Source: Syncephalis fuscata S228
Taxonomy: Eukaryota; Fungi; Zoopagomycota
DNA length: 64,000 bases
NCBI GenBank assembly: GCA_025786725.1
Contig: JAHLTZ010000018.1
Location: forward strand, 248,001 to 312,000
Direction of reading: 5' to 3'
Made by a program: the position numbers and the translations under genes. The notes under the pieces were generated by a model. The model did no database searches, was not told the DNA's origin, and worked only from the letters and a program-made list of their open reading frames with translations. Below are positions 62,088 to 64,000 of this stretch, piece after piece. Within the stretch, counting starts at the first letter, position 1, and every line of letters begins with the position of its first letter.

Positions 62088-63852
62088 ATGTCCTCGCGAT
62101 TACCTACTAAAAATACTTCAGAGCGTGATCGTCCAGCTGAAAGAGGTAGAGTGGCGCGTTATTGGCCAGGAAGGGCGCCGACCAACCAGACGAACGAGTT
62201 AACGGATTCCGAGTCTGAAAGCTCTGCGGATGAAGAACCAACAACGAGTAATGTACGCAGACCGGGACATAATATCAAAGTAGAAGTGCATGCTATACAG
62301 AGTAGAGAACTAGCGCCTATTGAAGATCGTGCTCATTTAGTACGGGCTAGACGACGACAACAGCAACAAAGAGGTAGGTAGTATTTGTCAATAAATTGTC
62401 CCATTAATATTTAAAGTAGAGGAAGAAGAAGAGCAAGAAGAAAATGATAAAGAAGAGGAAGAGGAAGAAGAAGGCGATGACGATGATGATGCGGCTCAAG
62501 CACGGCGTCGTCAATTACTTAGACAACGTTTATTACAACGACGCCGAGAAGAACAACAACAACAAACTGAATCAGTAAAAGAGGAAGAGGAAGAGGAAGA
62601 GGAGGAAGAAGAAGAAGAACCAAAGAATGTAGAGGCACAAGATGAGGCAAGTTAATGGTATAACAAGTTATTTATATCAATATTAAATGTGTTTATAGAA
62701 TGAATATACAACGGAATATGAAACAGAAGAAGAGAGTGAAGAGGAAGCTGTTCTATTAAAGCCAGTATTTATACCAAAGTAATTATTATAACTAAATTAT
62801 AATTGATCACTTATACCACCACTGTATAGAGTAAAACGTCAAACCATTGCCGAGAAAGAGCAATTGGCACAAGAATTGGAAGAAGCAGAAGCAAAACGAG
62901 AACAGGAACGTGAAGAACGTCAAAAGGCTGCCCATCAAATGGTAGCTGATTTAATTAAGCGAGAAATTGAAGGTAGTATTTATAATGAATTAAATGGTAT
63001 ACATTATTTAACCTATTGTATTGATAATTAGCACCATTACAAGAAACCAATGTTCTTAATGATATCGATGATACAGATGACTTGAACCCAGCATCAGAAT
63101 TAGAAGCATGGAAATTACGTGAATTAAAGCGTATTCAACGAGATCAAGGAGAACAAATGAAGTAAGCGATTAAACACGCAAATGAATAAGCCTCTATATA
63201 TATTATATCGTATGTTAATTTTATTTTCTTTATAATAGACGTGAAGAAGAGGCAAGAGAGACGGAACGACGACGTGCTATGACAGATGCTGAAATCCTTA
63301 AAGAAGATGCTGAAAAGCTAAAAGCTGAACGAGAAGGCAAAAAGAATCATCAATTTACATTTATGCAGAAATATTATCATAAAGGAGCCTTTTATCGAGT
63401 AAGAGTTATAAATAATAGATTATTTAATAATAATAATAATAATAATAATATGTATTTGTATAGGAGGAGGGCGGTGAATTAATGGGACGTGATTATACAG
63501 CACCCACTCTAGATATGCCTAATGTTGAACTATTACCCAGTGTTATGCAAGTACGCGATTTTGGTAAACGTGGTCAAACCAAATGGAAACATTTAACAGC
63601 CGAAGATACATCAAATGTAAGTATATGGTTATTACTATGATCATCCTCATTATATATAAACTATAATATATTAATACATTTATCTATTTATCTATTTATC
63701 TATTTATCTATTTATCTATTTATCTATTTATTTATTAGAGAGAGGCGGGCTGGTCACAATCAAGTGATGTTAATCGACATATGCAAAAACGAATGGGTGG
63801 CATGAAAAGAACCGCCGAAACATCATCGGGTGGTAAAAAAAGACGCACGTAA
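62088..63852 (+). CDS. MFAP1: Spliceosomal B-complex protein MFAP1/Spp381
   Basis: RYWPGRAP, acidic tract, LKPVFIPK, EAWKLRELKRIQRD, FMQKYYHKGAFY, LPSVMQVRDFGKRGQTKWKHL; one intron appears to use a GC donor (62647). Confidence 0.95.
63678..63735. repeat. Intronic microsatellite (TTTATCTA)n
   Basis: About 6 tandem copies in the last MFAP1 intron. Confidence 0.8.
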
Positions 63853-64000
63853 ATGTTATTACACACACACACACATATATATATATACGGTTTAAATGAT
63901 TGTTTATTAATAGATTTGGGATACAACACGTTTTATGTATCATGCTATAAATTGTGTTTATTTATATTGGTGTATGTGTGTATTAGCATTAATTATGAGA

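Noticed and set aside
1644-63852. SMU1 and MFAP1 (spliceosome B-complex factors) as a functional cluster with the micro-exon genes
   Set aside because: They lie about 19-25 kb from the nearest micro-exon gene among unrelated housekeeping genes; nothing indicates more than chance linkage.
1-64000. Transposons, tRNA or rRNA genes
   Set aside because: I recognised no transposase, reverse transcriptase or integrase motifs, terminal repeats or structural RNA signatures by eye; small RNAs could have been missed.

Overview
AT-rich, gene-dense eukaryotic DNA with many short GT-AG introns. The gene content points to a fungus, probably an early-diverging lineage (inference). Conserved genes: ADA3, SMU1, ORC2, RSM22, a YIP1-family gene, DTWD1, PSY2/SMEK, SPS19/DECR2, SMC4, a kynurenine aminotransferase, an ArfGAP, MSS4/RABIF, FYV7-like, VFA1-like, a DUF3712-like membrane protein, GPI18/PIG-V, a SAM+SNF2 ATRX-like helicase, a DnaJ-membrane protein and MFAP1. 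Two kinds of accessory sequence interrupt them: a tandem array of intronless F-box genes (three intact, one pseudogene, 18.7-26.1 kb) and three related small secreted-peptide genes that the ORF track misses. The main finding is at 35453-38179 (- strand). What looks like an ~82-bp satellite parses as a signal-peptide exon followed by 30 consecutive 3-nt, phase-1 micro-exons, each between a canonical AG and GT. Joined, they give an open frame ending DLEPLDPGSVRRAGTIHTGNRSPSYERKETRC*. Two paralogues (27217-27740 +, 42437-43142 +) have a 94-nt first exon and symmetric micro-exons of 3-24 nt. Many conserved genes show single-base frameshifts in short runs, most likely assembly errors, so single-base details need read-level confirmation.
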